Source of the DNA: an uncultured Pelagibacteraceae bacterium
GTDB taxonomy: Bacteria; Pseudomonadota; Alphaproteobacteria; Pelagibacterales; AG-422-B15
NCBI GenBank assembly: GCA_902611715.1
Contig: CACMAQ010000004.1
Coordinates: forward strand, 1 to 60,408
Length of the DNA stretch: 60,408 nt
Direction of reading: 5' to 3'
This document shows, piece after piece, positions 29,278 to 39,569 of the stretch. A program made the translations under genes and the position numbers. The notes below the pieces were generated by a model. That model searched no databases. It was not told where the DNA came from and saw only the letters and a program-made list of their open reading frames with translations. Positions within the stretch are counted from its first letter, which is position 1, and every line of letters begins with the position of its first letter.

Positions 29278-29947
29278 ATTTTGGACAGTCTATGTCATTC
29301 GATTTGTATCAATTTTTTTTGTTGTATCAGTAATTATTGCTTCATATTTTTTTCCAGGAGGAAACATACACAATCCTGACCAAATAGGTTATTCATTTAG
29401 TCATAACTTTTTAAGTGAATTGGGCGGGTACATTACATTTGCAGGAGATATTAACAGCATTTCATCATTTTTTTTTAACTCCGCGCTTTTTTGTTTTTTA
29501 TTGGTTGGAGTATCAAGCTTTTTTATTCCATCATTATTTAAAGAAAATAAAGTTTCATATCTTTGTGCATGTATAGCAGCAGTACTATTTTTCATTGGTA
29601 TGGTCTTTTTTGCTGGAGTAGCCTTAACACCGCATGATTTATATAGAGATGCACATATATTTTTTGCTTTGAATGCATTTCGTTGGTTAGTACCAGCATC
29701 GCTATTCTTTGTAATAGCCTTTTTTTTAAGTGATGCAGACAATAAGTATACTGTTGTGAATATTATTTTTCTTATATCAACTGTTATCTATGTAATTTAT
29801 CAAATATACTCCGGGGATCCAAGACTGAACGAAGAACTATTAGTGCAAAATGTATTAATGCAAAAATCTATAGCAATAATCCATATTATCAGTATTTTTT
29901 CTCTTACCTTCTGCTTCAATAGCCAAATAAAGAATAAAAATTTATAA
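29264..29947 (+). CDS. DUF998/Frag1-like polytopic membrane protein, copy 3
   Basis: FPGG, YSF..NFLSELG, TPHDLY...H and QK motifs. Confidence 0.7.
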   Translation: MQITKFWTVYVIRFVSIFFVVSVIIASYFFPGGNIHNPDQIGYSFSHNFLSELGGYITFAGDINSISSFFFNSALFCFLLVGVSSFFIPSLFKENKVSYLCACIAAVLFFIGMVFFAGVALTPHDLYRDAHIFFALNAFRWLVPASLFFVIAFFLSDADNKYTVVNIIFLISTVIYVIYQIYSGDPRLNEELLVQNVLMQKSIAIIHIISIFSLTFCFNSQIKNKNL

Positions 29948-31444
29948 ATTTGGAGTTTTGTTAATCCAAGGAGATATTTCCTCTAATTGTGCTGCTAAAG
30001 ATATAAGTGTTTTCTCATCTGCGTATCTCGATGCAAATTGTACGCCTAAAGGTAGATTGTCATTAGTCCAGTAAGTTGGTAAAGAAATTGACGGTTGCCC
30101 AGTAATGTTCTGAAGCATTGCATCAGGGGAGTACCATAAACTCTCAGGTGCTAGGTTATTAAGAATTGAGTCTCTAATTGATTGAATACGAAACACCCAA
30201 CCCAATTTTAAAGTCATAATGATTTCACTTAAAATACTTGCTTGTTTATTTGGTCTTATTTCACCTATGTGAGGAGGTTTTTGAGAAATAATAGGAGTTA
30301 AGACTACATCGTACTTATCAGTTTCTTCCATAACTGATCGAGCAATCTTTTGCATAGTATAACGTGCCCATGTATAGTCACTTGCTGTAAAACTTTTTCC
30401 CAAGTAATTAAATAATCTAGTTGCAGTTTCAACTTCATTTTTCTTAAATCCTCTTCCAACAACATCTTTCAATTCATTAAACATCTGGGTTACATGAGAC
30501 GATATAGTTATTATAAATGCTCTTGCAGCAAGAAGTCCGTCATAACTGAAATTCATTTCTTCAACATCGTGACCTAAGTCTTCACATAACTTGGCATTGA
30601 ATTTAATTGCATCAATTGCATCAGAGGAGGGATCTATGCCAACAGGACTTTTCAGATTAAACCCAATCTTAAGTTTATTTTTTTTACCCAAGGCTTCAAC
30701 AAGAGAACCTTTTTCGTATGGAACACCGTAAGGATCACCCACAACGTTTCCGAACAAACAATCATACATATGAGCCGTGTCTCTGACTGTTCTAGAAACA
30801 ATACCGGAGTGGGTAAGACCTCCCCATTTATCACCGTGAGAAGGCGCAAATGATGTTCTTGCTCTATTAGGCTTTAATCCAACCAGACCGCATGATGCAG
30901 CAGGAATTCGAATTGATCCGCCACCATCACTTGCATGTGCAATAGGAACTATGCGACTTGAAACTGCTGAAGCTGCACCACCACTTGAGCCACCTGTCGT
31001 TCTATCGGTATCCCAAGGATTTCTTGTTGGGCCAAATTCAGTTGGTTCAGTTGTAACCATGAGACCGTATTCAGGTGTTGCAGATTTTCCACATATAACG
31101 GCACCAGTTTCTCTAAATTGCCTTGTGAGGTGGTTATCGTAAGACATTTTAGTATTTTTCAAATATTTACTGCCTTGCATCATGTGATAGTTAGCTAAAG
31201 AACTATCCATATCTTTCATAAGAAATGGAACTCCAACAAAAGTTCCATTTAATTCTTTGTTTCTGTTTATTGACTCGAATGCATAGTGATACATTGTACG
31301 ATGCACTGCATTTAATTTAGGGTTTAGCTTTTCAATTAGATCAATGGCACTATCAAGAGGATCAATTGGGGATATTTCTTTATTTCTAATTAATTCGGCT
31401 ATGCCCAAACCATCATAATTTGTATATTCTTTGAAAATAGCCAT
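29942..31444 (-). CDS. Amidase signature family enzyme
   Basis: Lys (MKD), GGSSGG and SDGGGSIRIPA catalytic motifs. Confidence 0.92.
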   Translation of the reverse strand: MAIFKEYTNYDGLGIAELIRNKEISPIDPLDSAIDLIEKLNPKLNAVHRTMYHYAFESINRNKELNGTFVGVPFLMKDMDSSLANYHMMQGSKYLKNTKMSYDNHLTRQFRETGAVICGKSATPEYGLMVTTEPTEFGPTRNPWDTDRTTGGSSGGAASAVSSRIVPIAHASDGGGSIRIPAASCGLVGLKPNRARTSFAPSHGDKWGGLTHSGIVSRTVRDTAHMYDCLFGNVVGDPYGVPYEKGSLVEALGKKNKLKIGFNLKSPVGIDPSSDAIDAIKFNAKLCEDLGHDVEEMNFSYDGLLAARAFIITISSHVTQMFNELKDVVGRGFKKNEVETATRLFNYLGKSFTASDYTWARYTMQKIARSVMEETDKYDVVLTPIISQKPPHIGEIRPNKQASILSEIIMTLKLGWVFRIQSIRDSILNNLAPESLWYSPDAMLQNITGQPSISLPTYWTNDNLPLGVQFASRYADEKTLISLAAQLEEISPWINKTPNL

Positions 31445-31518
31445 TATTGATTATATTAACCTCAAAAATATGATAATCTCTTTAAAATTTTTTTAATGAT
31501 TCAGTCTATTTAAAACCT

Positions 31519-32157
31519 ATGGCAGATGCAAATAAGAAAAAAGGCAACCCAGTCATTAATTTTATTAAAAGGTATTTTTTTACAGGTCTTTTAATATCGG
31601 CGCCAATTGGAGCGACGATTTATATTACAATATTTATTGTCGAATTTATTGCTGGTCTGGTTCCAGATAGATTTAACCCAAATGGGCTGCTACCTGAGAT
31701 TATTGGCTATAAAATTCCTGGTCTTGAATTAATAATAGCATTTCTATCTTTTATCTTAATTGGTCTAATATTTTCGACTTTATTTGGAAAAGCTATACTC
31801 GGTTATTTTGATAATCTTATTACACGTATTCCATTAGCTGGTAATGTCTATAAAGCTATCAAACAAATCACCGAGACATTTTCAAACACAGATTCAGCAT
31901 ATCAAAAGGTTGTTCTTATTGAGTATCCAAGAAAAGATATATATGCAATTGGCTTTATGACGGGTGAGACAAAAGGTGAAATTAAGGAAAGACAGAAAAT
32001 AGAAATGGTCAATGTATTTGTTCCAACCACACCAAATCCTACCTCAGGGTTTTTACTCTTCATACCTAAAGATGATATCGTTGAACTTGATATGTCTGTT
32101 GAAGATGCGATTAAATTGGTTGTATCAGCAGGCATGGTGGTACCACCAAGGAAATAA
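31519..32157 (+). CDS. DUF502 membrane protein
   Basis: VFVPTTPNPTSGF and EYPR motifs. Confidence 0.9.
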   Translation: MADANKKKGNPVINFIKRYFFTGLLISAPIGATIYITIFIVEFIAGLVPDRFNPNGLLPEIIGYKIPGLELIIAFLSFILIGLIFSTLFGKAILGYFDNLITRIPLAGNVYKAIKQITETFSNTDSAYQKVVLIEYPRKDIYAIGFMTGETKGEIKERQKIEMVNVFVPTTPNPTSGFLLFIPKDDIVELDMSVEDAIKLVVSAGMVVPPRK

Positions 32158-34215
32158 TTAGCCAGTTTTTAAATAATCGATTGCAACTTGATTTCTAAAT
32201 AGATGCAAAAGTGTTCTTTGTGCCTTGCCCGCAGATTTTTTCAAATCCGGATCTTCTCTAACGATATCCATGGCAACACCTCTCGCTTCCTCGAGTATAT
32301 GCTTATGCTTGTCTAGATTTGATAGTCTAAAATTTGGAATACCACTTTGTTTTGAGCCTAATATTTCCCCAGCACCACGAATATCAAGGTCTTCTTCGGC
32401 GATCAAGAAACCATCGTTTGTTTCCTTCATCACTTTTAATCTTCGTTTAGCATTATCGGTGAGTGGCCCCTCAAAAAGTAATATGCACGTTGACTGTACA
32501 TTTCCTCTACCAACTCTTCCTCGAAGTTGATGAAGTTGTGAAAGGCCATACCTCTCAGAATTTTCAATAATCATCACAGTTGCATCAGGGTCGTCTATTC
32601 CTACTTCTATTACTGATGTTGCGACTAAAATATCTATTTTATTATCTTTAAACTTTGACATGACATCATTTTTTTCTTCTTGTGACATTTGACCGTGAAC
32701 TAAACCAACATTGTTTGATGAGTAATATTTTTTTAAGTCATTGACTCTTGAGTTGACTGATTGCAATTGAAGTTTTTCGGATTCATCAATTAAAGGGCAC
32801 ACCCAATAAATCTTTTGTTTCTTATTTAATATTTTTGTAAGGCTTTCTTTTAGTTGGTCAATTTTATTGATATTGATTGATTTGGTGATTATTTCCTTTC
32901 TGTTTTTAGGTTTTTCAGAAATTTTGGATATATCCATATCCCCATACGCTGCCAATTCCATCGTTCGAGGTATAGGAGTAGCGGTCATCAATAAGATGTC
33001 ACAACTATTTCCTGCTTTTTCATTTAATAAAATCCTTTGGTGCACTCCAAACTTATGTTGTTCATCAATGATAACCAAGCCTATATTTTCAAAGATTACT
33101 TTTTGCTGAAATAATGCATGTGTTCCAATAATAATGTCAGCTTCAAAATTATGATTATTTTTATTTGAGGATGTAATTAGTGAACATGTTAGGTTTAAAT
33201 CACTGATAAATTCTTTGATGGTATTAAAATGCTGCTCAGCAAGAATTTCTGTTGGTGCCATTAAAACTGATCTTTTATTATTTTCAATGCATTGCATCAT
33301 AGCAAATAATGCAACAATGGTTTTCCCGCTACCTACATCTCCTTGCAGAAGTCTTAACATTTTACTTGAACCTTCTTGATCGTTTGAAATTTCTTCAATA
33401 GTTGTTTCTTGATCACCAGTGAGTTGAAATTTCAATTGATCTCTTAATTGTTTTGATAATTTATTTTTTTTAGGAAGTGAAATTCCATTTTTATGACTAA
33501 TTTTGTTTTTAATTAATCTAATTGTTAACTGTTGAGAGAACAGCTCATCAAAAACAAGCCGTTCTATATATTTATTATCATCATTTTCCTTCACATCTTT
33601 AGGATTATGCATTTGATAAATAGAGTCTTTCCATGATGGCCATTTGTTTCTTTCTAAAACCTTTTCAGGTATCCATTCAGGTAATTCATCAACCATACTT
33701 AATGCAGAATTAATTGATTTTTGTATAATTTTAGATGTCATTCCTGCTGTTAAAGGGTAAACACATTCAATCTTTTTAACAGAATCTAAGTTTTTAATAT
33801 CAACTACATGATGAGGATGTGTAATTTGATACAAATCGTTAAATTTTTCAATTTTACCACTTATAACCCTAGTACTACCGATCGGTAAGATTTTTTTTAT
33901 GTATGGACCTCGTAGATTAAAATATACAATTGACATTTGTCCGCTGTCATCAGAGACATTAACTCGATATGGCATTCTTCTATTGAAAGCAGGAGTGTGA
34001 CTATCAATTTTAACAACGACAGTTGCAATGCTTCCTTCTTCTAAATCAATAATTTTAGGATTATTTCTTCTGTCTATGTATGCGGCTGGTTTATGAAATA
34101 ATAAATCAATAATATATTTACCGCATAATCTCTCGATTATTTTAGAGTTCTTTGGTCCAATCCCATTTATCGTCATTATATTTGAAAAAAGCTTGTATAA
34201 GATCTTTGGCCTCAT
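32158..34215 (-). CDS. recG: ATP-dependent DNA helicase RecG
   Basis: GDVGSGKT, DEQH, TATPIPRT and QLRGRVGR motifs; OB wedge domain. Confidence 0.95.
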   Translation of the reverse strand: MRPKILYKLFSNIMTINGIGPKNSKIIERLCGKYIIDLLFHKPAAYIDRRNNPKIIDLEEGSIATVVVKIDSHTPAFNRRMPYRVNVSDDSGQMSIVYFNLRGPYIKKILPIGSTRVISGKIEKFNDLYQITHPHHVVDIKNLDSVKKIECVYPLTAGMTSKIIQKSINSALSMVDELPEWIPEKVLERNKWPSWKDSIYQMHNPKDVKENDDNKYIERLVFDELFSQQLTIRLIKNKISHKNGISLPKKNKLSKQLRDQLKFQLTGDQETTIEEISNDQEGSSKMLRLLQGDVGSGKTIVALFAMMQCIENNKRSVLMAPTEILAEQHFNTIKEFISDLNLTCSLITSSNKNNHNFEADIIIGTHALFQQKVIFENIGLVIIDEQHKFGVHQRILLNEKAGNSCDILLMTATPIPRTMELAAYGDMDISKISEKPKNRKEIITKSININKIDQLKESLTKILNKKQKIYWVCPLIDESEKLQLQSVNSRVNDLKKYYSSNNVGLVHGQMSQEEKNDVMSKFKDNKIDILVATSVIEVGIDDPDATVMIIENSERYGLSQLHQLRGRVGRGNVQSTCILLFEGPLTDNAKRRLKVMKETNDGFLIAEEDLDIRGAGEILGSKQSGIPNFRLSNLDKHKHILEEARGVAMDIVREDPDLKKSAGKAQRTLLHLFRNQVAIDYLKTG

Positions 34216-34248
34216 ATATGTATTGTATCAAAGATCGATAAAAAAAAT

Positions 34249-34512
34249 ATGAACGATTTACATACACTTCAAAAAAAGCTTCAATTCAAATCCTCCCATC
34301 GGGGATCAAAGGAAATGGATATTCTCTTGGGATCTTTTGTTGAGAAATACATCAAACTATTTAATGAAGGTGAGCTTCAAATGTTAGAGGCTATATTAGA
34401 ACTTGATGATAATGACATATATCGATATGCGCTAGATAAGGTGACAATTCCAAAAGAAATTGACAATCGCGTCATACAATTACTCAAAGATTTTACTATG
34501 CTTAAAAAATGA
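34249..34512 (+). CDS. sdhE: Succinate dehydrogenase flavinylation factor SdhE
   Basis: RGSKEMD (RGxxExD) motif; recG-sdhE-mfd synteny. Confidence 0.88.
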   Translation: MNDLHTLQKKLQFKSSHRGSKEMDILLGSFVEKYIKLFNEGELQMLEAILELDDNDIYRYALDKVTIPKEIDNRVIQLLKDFTMLKK

Positions 34513-36875
34513 CGAAACCACGCTTAAAGACTCAAATTAATGAGAATTTAAATATCAACATTGAAGAAAAATTTGATTATGAAAGAACAATTAACTATTT
34601 ATCTGCCAATGGTTATGCACGCGTAAGTTCAATTCGTGAAAATGGTGAATTCTCTGTTAAAGGAGATGTTATTGATATTTTTCCAACAGACTTCAAGAAT
34701 CCAGTTCGTATTAACATTTTTGGTGATGAGATCGAAAAATTTGAGGAATTTAATCCTAAAAATCAAAAATCGATACAAAGTCTGTTCAGACTCATTATTA
34801 AACCTTTTAATGAGTTCTCTTTCAATCAAAGCAAACGAACAATTAAAGCAGATACTTTTTTAACTGATCTCAGTACTTTTGAACAAGATGATCTAATTGT
34901 TCATGTTGATCATGGAGTAGGAAAATTTAATGGATTAAAAAATGTTACTGTCCTAGAAAACGATCATGATTGCATTGAAATAACATATTTCAATAATGAT
35001 AAACTTTATGTACCTGTTGAGAATATTGAACTTTTGTCAAAGTATGGTGGGAATAGTGAATTCGTACAAATTGATAAACTGGGAAGTTCAAATTGGCAAT
35101 TTAGAAAAGCCAGCGCAAAAAATAAAATAAATGAAATTGCCGAAGATTTAATAAAAGTTGCGGCAGAAAGATCTCTAAATGAAGCGACAAAATATACCGT
35201 TCAAGAACCTTATTATTCAAATTTTATAAATGAATTTGAATTTCAGGATACAGAAGATCAAGCAAATGTAACATCAGAATTACTGTTTGATCTAAACAGT
35301 GGGCTTCCAATGGACCGTTTGATATGTGGCGATGTTGGTTTTGGTAAGACAGAAGTTGCATTAAGAGGAGCATTCAACGTAGCTATGAGCGGTGCTCAAG
35401 TTGCATTTATTGTTCCGACAACACTACTATGCAGTCAACACTACGAAAATTTTACAAAAAGATTCAAAAATTTTCCATTGAAAGTAGATCAAATCTCAAG
35501 ATTAAACTCAACTTCTGAAAACAATAAAATTATTGAAAGAATTAATAGTGGAGAAAGTGATGTAGTTGTTGGGACACATGCACTTCTTAACAGTAGAATT
35601 AAATTTAAAAAATTAGGTATGCTTATTATTGATGAAGAGCAGCACTTTGGAGTTTCTCAAAAAGAAAAAATTAAGTCATTGCGTTCAAATGTACATGTGC
35701 TTGCTTTAACAGCTACGCCAATACCACGTACATTACAAATGTCACTTGTAGGTCTTAGGGATTTGTCAATTATTTCTACAGCACCATTAAATAGGCAAAA
35801 TATAAATACTGAAGTTATTGATTTTAATGATGAAAAAATAATCCCTGCAATTGAATATGAATTAAGTCGTAATGGCCAGGTGTATTATGTCTGCCCAAGA
35901 ATTAACGAATTAAAAGAAGTTGAGGATTTTTTAAAAAGTAAACTTCCAAATGTAAAGTATCAAATTGCCCACGGTCAAATGCCGTCCAAAAACCTTAAAA
36001 ATACGATGATTGATTTTTACAATAATGAATTTCAATTATTACTGTGTACCACAATTGTCGAGTCGGGTCTGGATTTGCAGAAAACTAACACAATGATTAT
36101 TCATAATTCTGATAAATTTGGATTATCTCAACTTTATCAGTTAAGAGGACGAATTGGCAGATCTAATATTGAAGCATTTTGTTTTTATACAGTTAAAGAC
36201 ATCAATGGAATAACTGAAAATGCCTACAAAAGACTTATGCTTCTTAAAAAATTTAATTCTAGAGGCTCAAGTTTTAATCTTTCGAGTCATGATTTAGATA
36301 TGAGAGGATCAGGAAACATTATAGGCGATGCTCAATCTGGGCATATTAGAGAAGTTGGTCTCGAACTTTACCATAAATTGCTAAAAGATAAGATATTGGA
36401 ATTAAAATCAGATACATCGACAGTAGATAATGAGTGGTCTCCACAAATAAATCTTGGTTTAAGCGTCTTAATACCTGAAAAGTATATACCAAATTTAAAC
36501 ACTAGACTGTTTTATTACCGGCAGCTTGCTTACTTAAGTTCGAGTGAGGAATTAAGCAAAATTAAGGAAGAAATGAGTGAGCGATTTGGCGAAGCTCCTA
36601 AAGAGGTTGAACATTTGTATAACATCACTGAGCTTAGAATTATATGTAAACAGTTGAAAATAGAAAAATTTGATATTGGAAATAAAGGTTTAACTATAAA
36701 ATTTAAAAACAATCATTTTGAAAAAACAAACCAATTGGTTGAATTTATGTCTCAATATAAATATGACTTAAAGTTAAGATCAGACCAAACATTGGTGTAT
36801 AATTACCAAAAAAAATCAAATAAAGATCGAATATACAAAGCTTTTTCTTTTGCAAAGGAATTGCAGGCATTATAG
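34509..36875 (+). CDS. mfd: Transcription-repair coupling factor, N-terminally reduced (788 aa)
   Basis: UvrB-like D2 (GEFSVKGDVIDIFP), RID (VHVDHGVG), GDVGFGKT, DEEQ and TRCF C-terminal domain. Confidence 0.92.
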   Translation: MTKPRLKTQINENLNINIEEKFDYERTINYLSANGYARVSSIRENGEFSVKGDVIDIFPTDFKNPVRINIFGDEIEKFEEFNPKNQKSIQSLFRLIIKPFNEFSFNQSKRTIKADTFLTDLSTFEQDDLIVHVDHGVGKFNGLKNVTVLENDHDCIEITYFNNDKLYVPVENIELLSKYGGNSEFVQIDKLGSSNWQFRKASAKNKINEIAEDLIKVAAERSLNEATKYTVQEPYYSNFINEFEFQDTEDQANVTSELLFDLNSGLPMDRLICGDVGFGKTEVALRGAFNVAMSGAQVAFIVPTTLLCSQHYENFTKRFKNFPLKVDQISRLNSTSENNKIIERINSGESDVVVGTHALLNSRIKFKKLGMLIIDEEQHFGVSQKEKIKSLRSNVHVLALTATPIPRTLQMSLVGLRDLSIISTAPLNRQNINTEVIDFNDEKIIPAIEYELSRNGQVYYVCPRINELKEVEDFLKSKLPNVKYQIAHGQMPSKNLKNTMIDFYNNEFQLLLCTTIVESGLDLQKTNTMIIHNSDKFGLSQLYQLRGRIGRSNIEAFCFYTVKDINGITENAYKRLMLLKKFNSRGSSFNLSSHDLDMRGSGNIIGDAQSGHIREVGLELYHKLLKDKILELKSDTSTVDNEWSPQINLGLSVLIPEKYIPNLNTRLFYYRQLAYLSSSEELSKIKEEMSERFGEAPKEVEHLYNITELRIICKQLKIEKFDIGNKGLTIKFKNNHFEKTNQLVEFMSQYKYDLKLRSDQTLVYNYQKKSNKDRIYKAFSFAKELQAL

Positions 36876-36883
36876 TAGAAAAC

Positions 36884-38017
36884 ATGGGTGTTCTATCTGG
36901 ATATAAGATAATTGAATTGTCAGGGATTGGGCCGGGGCCATTGTGTGGAATGTTGTTTGCCGATCTTGGCGCTGAAGTTATTCGTGTTGACAGAAAAAAT
37001 ACTGTTATGCCCAATCAACAACCAAAATTTGATATTACAGGAAGAAATAAGAAATCCATTTGTTTAAATTTAAAGGATCCCGCGTCTAAAGAGGTTTTAT
37101 TTAAATTAATAAAAAATGCAGACGCGCTAATAGAAGGCTATCGACCAGGTGTAACTGAAAAACTAGGGATTGGACCTGAAGAATGTTTAAAACAAAATGA
37201 AAAGTTAGTTTATGGCAGAATTACAGGTTGGGGTCAAAATGGTCCTCTAGCACAGGCGGCTGGCCATGATATCAATTATATCGCACTAGCAGGCGCTCTA
37301 TATTCAATTTGGGGTGAAAATAAACCATCAATACCCCTCAATTTAATTGGTGATTATGGTGGAGGCACTATGTTTCTTGCATTTGGTGTATGCGCAGCTT
37401 TACTGTCAGCGAATAGAACAGGTAAAGGTCAAGTAGTTGATGCCGCTATGATTGATGGAGTTTCGGTTCTTACGTCAATATTTCATAGTTTATCTCAGTC
37501 AGGACTGTGGAATGTAAATAATAGAGGTAATAATTTATTTGATGGTGGTGCGCCCTTTTATCAAGTCTATGAGACAAAAGACAACATGCACGTTTCAATA
37601 GGATCTTTAGAGCCTCAATTTTACCAACTCTTAATTGAGAAATTAAATCTTGGTGATGAATTTAAAAATCAAATGCAATTAGATCAGTGGGATAATATGA
37701 AAATTAAATTAGCTGAAATATTTAAAACTAAAACAAGGGATGAATGGGATGAAATCTTTGAAGGGTCTGATGTTTGTTATTCACCAGTTCTCTCTATCGA
37801 AGAGGCAGCTAATCATAAACACATGAAAGCGCGTGATAATTTTGTAAATATTAACGATGTACGCCAACCATCACCGGCACCACGTTTTAGTGTTACACCA
37901 TCCGAAAAACCATTGCCTGCACCAGAAGTTGGTCAAGATAACAAAAGCATAATGCTTGATATTGGTTTTTCTGAGGAACAAATCAAAGAATTAGAAAATA
38001 AAGGAGTTCTATTATAG
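36884..38017 (+). CDS. CaiB/BaiF class III CoA-transferase, alpha-methylacyl-CoA racemase-like
   Basis: GIGPGP, GHDINY and DYGGG motifs. Confidence 0.9.
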   Translation: MGVLSGYKIIELSGIGPGPLCGMLFADLGAEVIRVDRKNTVMPNQQPKFDITGRNKKSICLNLKDPASKEVLFKLIKNADALIEGYRPGVTEKLGIGPEECLKQNEKLVYGRITGWGQNGPLAQAAGHDINYIALAGALYSIWGENKPSIPLNLIGDYGGGTMFLAFGVCAALLSANRTGKGQVVDAAMIDGVSVLTSIFHSLSQSGLWNVNNRGNNLFDGGAPFYQVYETKDNMHVSIGSLEPQFYQLLIEKLNLGDEFKNQMQLDQWDNMKIKLAEIFKTKTRDEWDEIFEGSDVCYSPVLSIEEAANHKHMKARDNFVNINDVRQPSPAPRFSVTPSEKPLPAPEVGQDNKSIMLDIGFSEEQIKELENKGVLL

Positions 38018-38502
38018 TGCCTAGTTTCGATGTTGTTAGCAGAGTTGAAATGCAGGAGGTTGATAATGCTATATCTAATTCAATGAAGGAAATTGGACAG
38101 AGATATGACTTTAAAGGTTCTGCCTCCAAATTGGAGAGAACTGAGGGAGGGATTATCTTGCTTTCTGAGGACGAAATGAAGGCTAAACAGGTATTAGATA
38201 TTCTAATTTCAAATTTAATAAAACGTAACGTTGACCCAAAAGTAATAAAACTAAAATCATCTGAAAGTGCATCTGGCAATACAATCAGACAAAATTACGA
38301 TCTAATGGAAGGTATTGATCAAGAGGTGGGGAAAAAAATTACAAAATCAATCAAAGAGTCAAAATTGAAGGTGCAAGCAAAAATTCAAGGAAATGAGCTG
38401 AGAATAAGTGGCGCAAAAAAAGACAATTTACAAGAAGCAATATCGAAAATTAAAGAACTAAAATTAGAATTACCTCTTCAATATATTAATTTTAGAGACT
38501 GA
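38017..38502 (+). CDS. yajQ: YajQ family nucleotide-binding protein
   Basis: MPSFDVVS start, RYDFKG and LQYINFRD end. Confidence 0.95.
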   Translation: MPSFDVVSRVEMQEVDNAISNSMKEIGQRYDFKGSASKLERTEGGIILLSEDEMKAKQVLDILISNLIKRNVDPKVIKLKSSESASGNTIRQNYDLMEGIDQEVGKKITKSIKESKLKVQAKIQGNELRISGAKKDNLQEAISKIKELKLELPLQYINFRD

Positions 38503-38503
38503 G

Positions 38504-39451
38504 TTATCTTAACGGTTGGTCTGTTGTTATTTCTTGTTCTTTAATTTTCTCTCTATACAAAATAAATATTCCCGCTGAAACAATAATTAATATACCAATT
38601 ATTGTTCTCAATGAAACAGTTTCACTCCAAATAAACCAGCCCAATAGTACAGCCCAAATTAAAAATACATACTCAAATGGTGCAACAATATAAGGTTTAC
38701 CGTATCGATATGCGTTAAAAATAAATACAAAACCAAAAATTACACAAACACCAACTAAAAATAACATCAAGAGAGTTGTTGCGTCATTGAAGGACCAATA
38801 TCTAAATAAAAATTCTAAAATTTCATTTCCAGAATTATCCATATCAAAATAAAAACCAGAATAGGTAATTATGGGACATAAAATTATAGTAGCGATGTAT
38901 ACATGAAGTGTTTGTGTGTAAACATTATCCTCATTTGATGTATATTTTATTATAATCATACTGCCAGAATATCCTGCAGCACATAGTATTGGAAATATCA
39001 TGAATATATTAATGGTCTCGAAATCTGGTGAAACAATGAGCATTACACCTGCAAAACCATAAATAATTGTCAGCCATCTAATGATGCCAACTTTTTCTTT
39101 AAGAAAAATAGATGAAAATATAGTAATAAAGAATGGTGCTGTAAAAAAAAGAGCCGTTGTAACTGCAAAAGACAAGTACGCAAGACCAATATAATAAAAT
39201 ACGAACGCAAAAATAAACATTATTGTTCTAAAGATTGTTAACTTTGGGTAATGAGTTTTCCAAATTAGTTTTTGGTCTGTAAAATAAAAAAATAGTACAA
39301 GAAGAACAATAGCGATGACACTTCTTGCAAACATGACCTGAAGTATTGATATATCAACAGCTAATAATCTTACTGCAGTATCTTGAAATGCAAATGCAGT
39401 CATACCCATTAAAATATAAGCTATTGCTAAAAAATTATTTTCTTTTGCCAT
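38504..39451 (-). CDS. DMT/EamA family transporter
   Basis: 10 TM; LKEKVG..RW and APFEY motifs. Confidence 0.88.
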   Translation of the reverse strand: MAKENNFLAIAYILMGMTAFAFQDTAVRLLAVDISILQVMFARSVIAIVLLVLFFYFTDQKLIWKTHYPKLTIFRTIMFIFAFVFYYIGLAYLSFAVTTALFFTAPFFITIFSSIFLKEKVGIIRWLTIIYGFAGVMLIVSPDFETINIFMIFPILCAAGYSGSMIIIKYTSNEDNVYTQTLHVYIATIILCPIITYSGFYFDMDNSGNEILEFLFRYWSFNDATTLLMLFLVGVCVIFGFVFIFNAYRYGKPYIVAPFEYVFLIWAVLLGWFIWSETVSLRTIIGILIIVSAGIFILYREKIKEQEITTDQPLR

Positions 39452-39454
39452 CGA

Positions 39455-39497
39455 TAAAATATTAGTACATAAGTTTTAGTAATAAAATATATTAATT
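39455..39497 (+). repeat. 43-bp imperfect direct repeat, left copy
   Basis: taaaatattagtacataagttttagtaataaaatatattaatt; 38/43 identical to 41253-41295. Confidence 0.85.
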
Positions 39498-39569
39498 GTT
39501 CTATAAGATTTGATATTAAATAATTTGCTAGTCAAAAAATATTGAGAAGTATAAAAAAAGTAATTTATT

